Below are positions 63,901 through 64,000 of a stretch of DNA of 64,000 nt, piece after piece. The stretch comes from Dimorphilus gyrociliatus (Eukaryota; Animalia; Annelida): NCBI GenBank assembly GCA_904063045.1, contig CAJFCJ010000020.1:186001-250000 (forward strand). Reading direction: 5' to 3'. Made by a program: the position numbers and the translations under genes. Numbering within the stretch: position 1 is the first letter of the stretch; each line of letters starts with the position of its first letter. Below the pieces are notes generated by a model that did not search any database, was not told the origin of the DNA, and saw nothing but the letters and a program-made list of their open reading frames with translations.

Positions 63901-64000
63901 GTATTAGTAACTGTATTAATGTCATTTGTACACAATCGATCATTGTTCGTTTTCTGAATAGGCGCTAATCACTTTGTTGGAATAATTGTGAGTTTTTATA

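Noticed and set aside
1-64000. tRNA, rRNA, snRNA or transposable-element genes
   Set aside because: I saw no T-loop/A-box tRNA pattern, no recognisable structural RNA, and no transposase/RT ORF or long terminal repeat by eye. tRNAscan/Infernal/RepeatModeler were not run, so short or decayed elements cannot be excluded.

Overview
AT-rich eukaryotic (animal) genomic DNA with GT-AG spliced genes and mostly very short introns (about 55-200 nt). This is consistent with a compact invertebrate, probably lophotrochozoan/annelid-like, genome; the taxon is inferred, not shown. There are no prokaryotic features, and I recognised no RNA genes, transposase/RT ORFs or CRISPR arrays. By manually splicing exons with phase checks I support 12 protein-coding genes, in order: (1) a secreted SUEL-lectin + CUB protein (-, runs off the left edge); (2) a two-Ig-domain, probably GPI-anchored protein (+); (3) an orphan proline-rich ORF (-); (4) a ~1,894-aa astacin metalloprotease with the architecture SP-2xCTLD-pro-astacin-TSP1-WSC-like-11xTSP1-LamG-EGF-LamG (-); (5) an SK/KCNN channel with an intronless CDS (+); (6) a 13-exon EF-hand protein (+); (7) an intronless DEG/ENaC channel (-); (8) a PRRT3/4-like 7TM protein (+); (9) an RDH-like SDR (-); (10, 11) two head-to-head Shaker/Kv1-like channels; (12) an atypical class A GPCR (+). 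The last ~10.6 kb has no recognisable gene. The most interesting signals are: the Shaker pair, both with an S4 one basic residue short, extra extracellular cysteines and ultra-short C-tails; the astacin architecture, with a strict 171/168-nt alternating TSP1 array; a 137-bp operon-like Kv-to-SDR junction; a Lys at the DEG/ENaC pore Asp/Asn position; and 19 copies of a TATAC(A/T)GTATA palindrome embedded in (TA)n tracts. All gene models are hand-derived and lack transcript or database confirmation.
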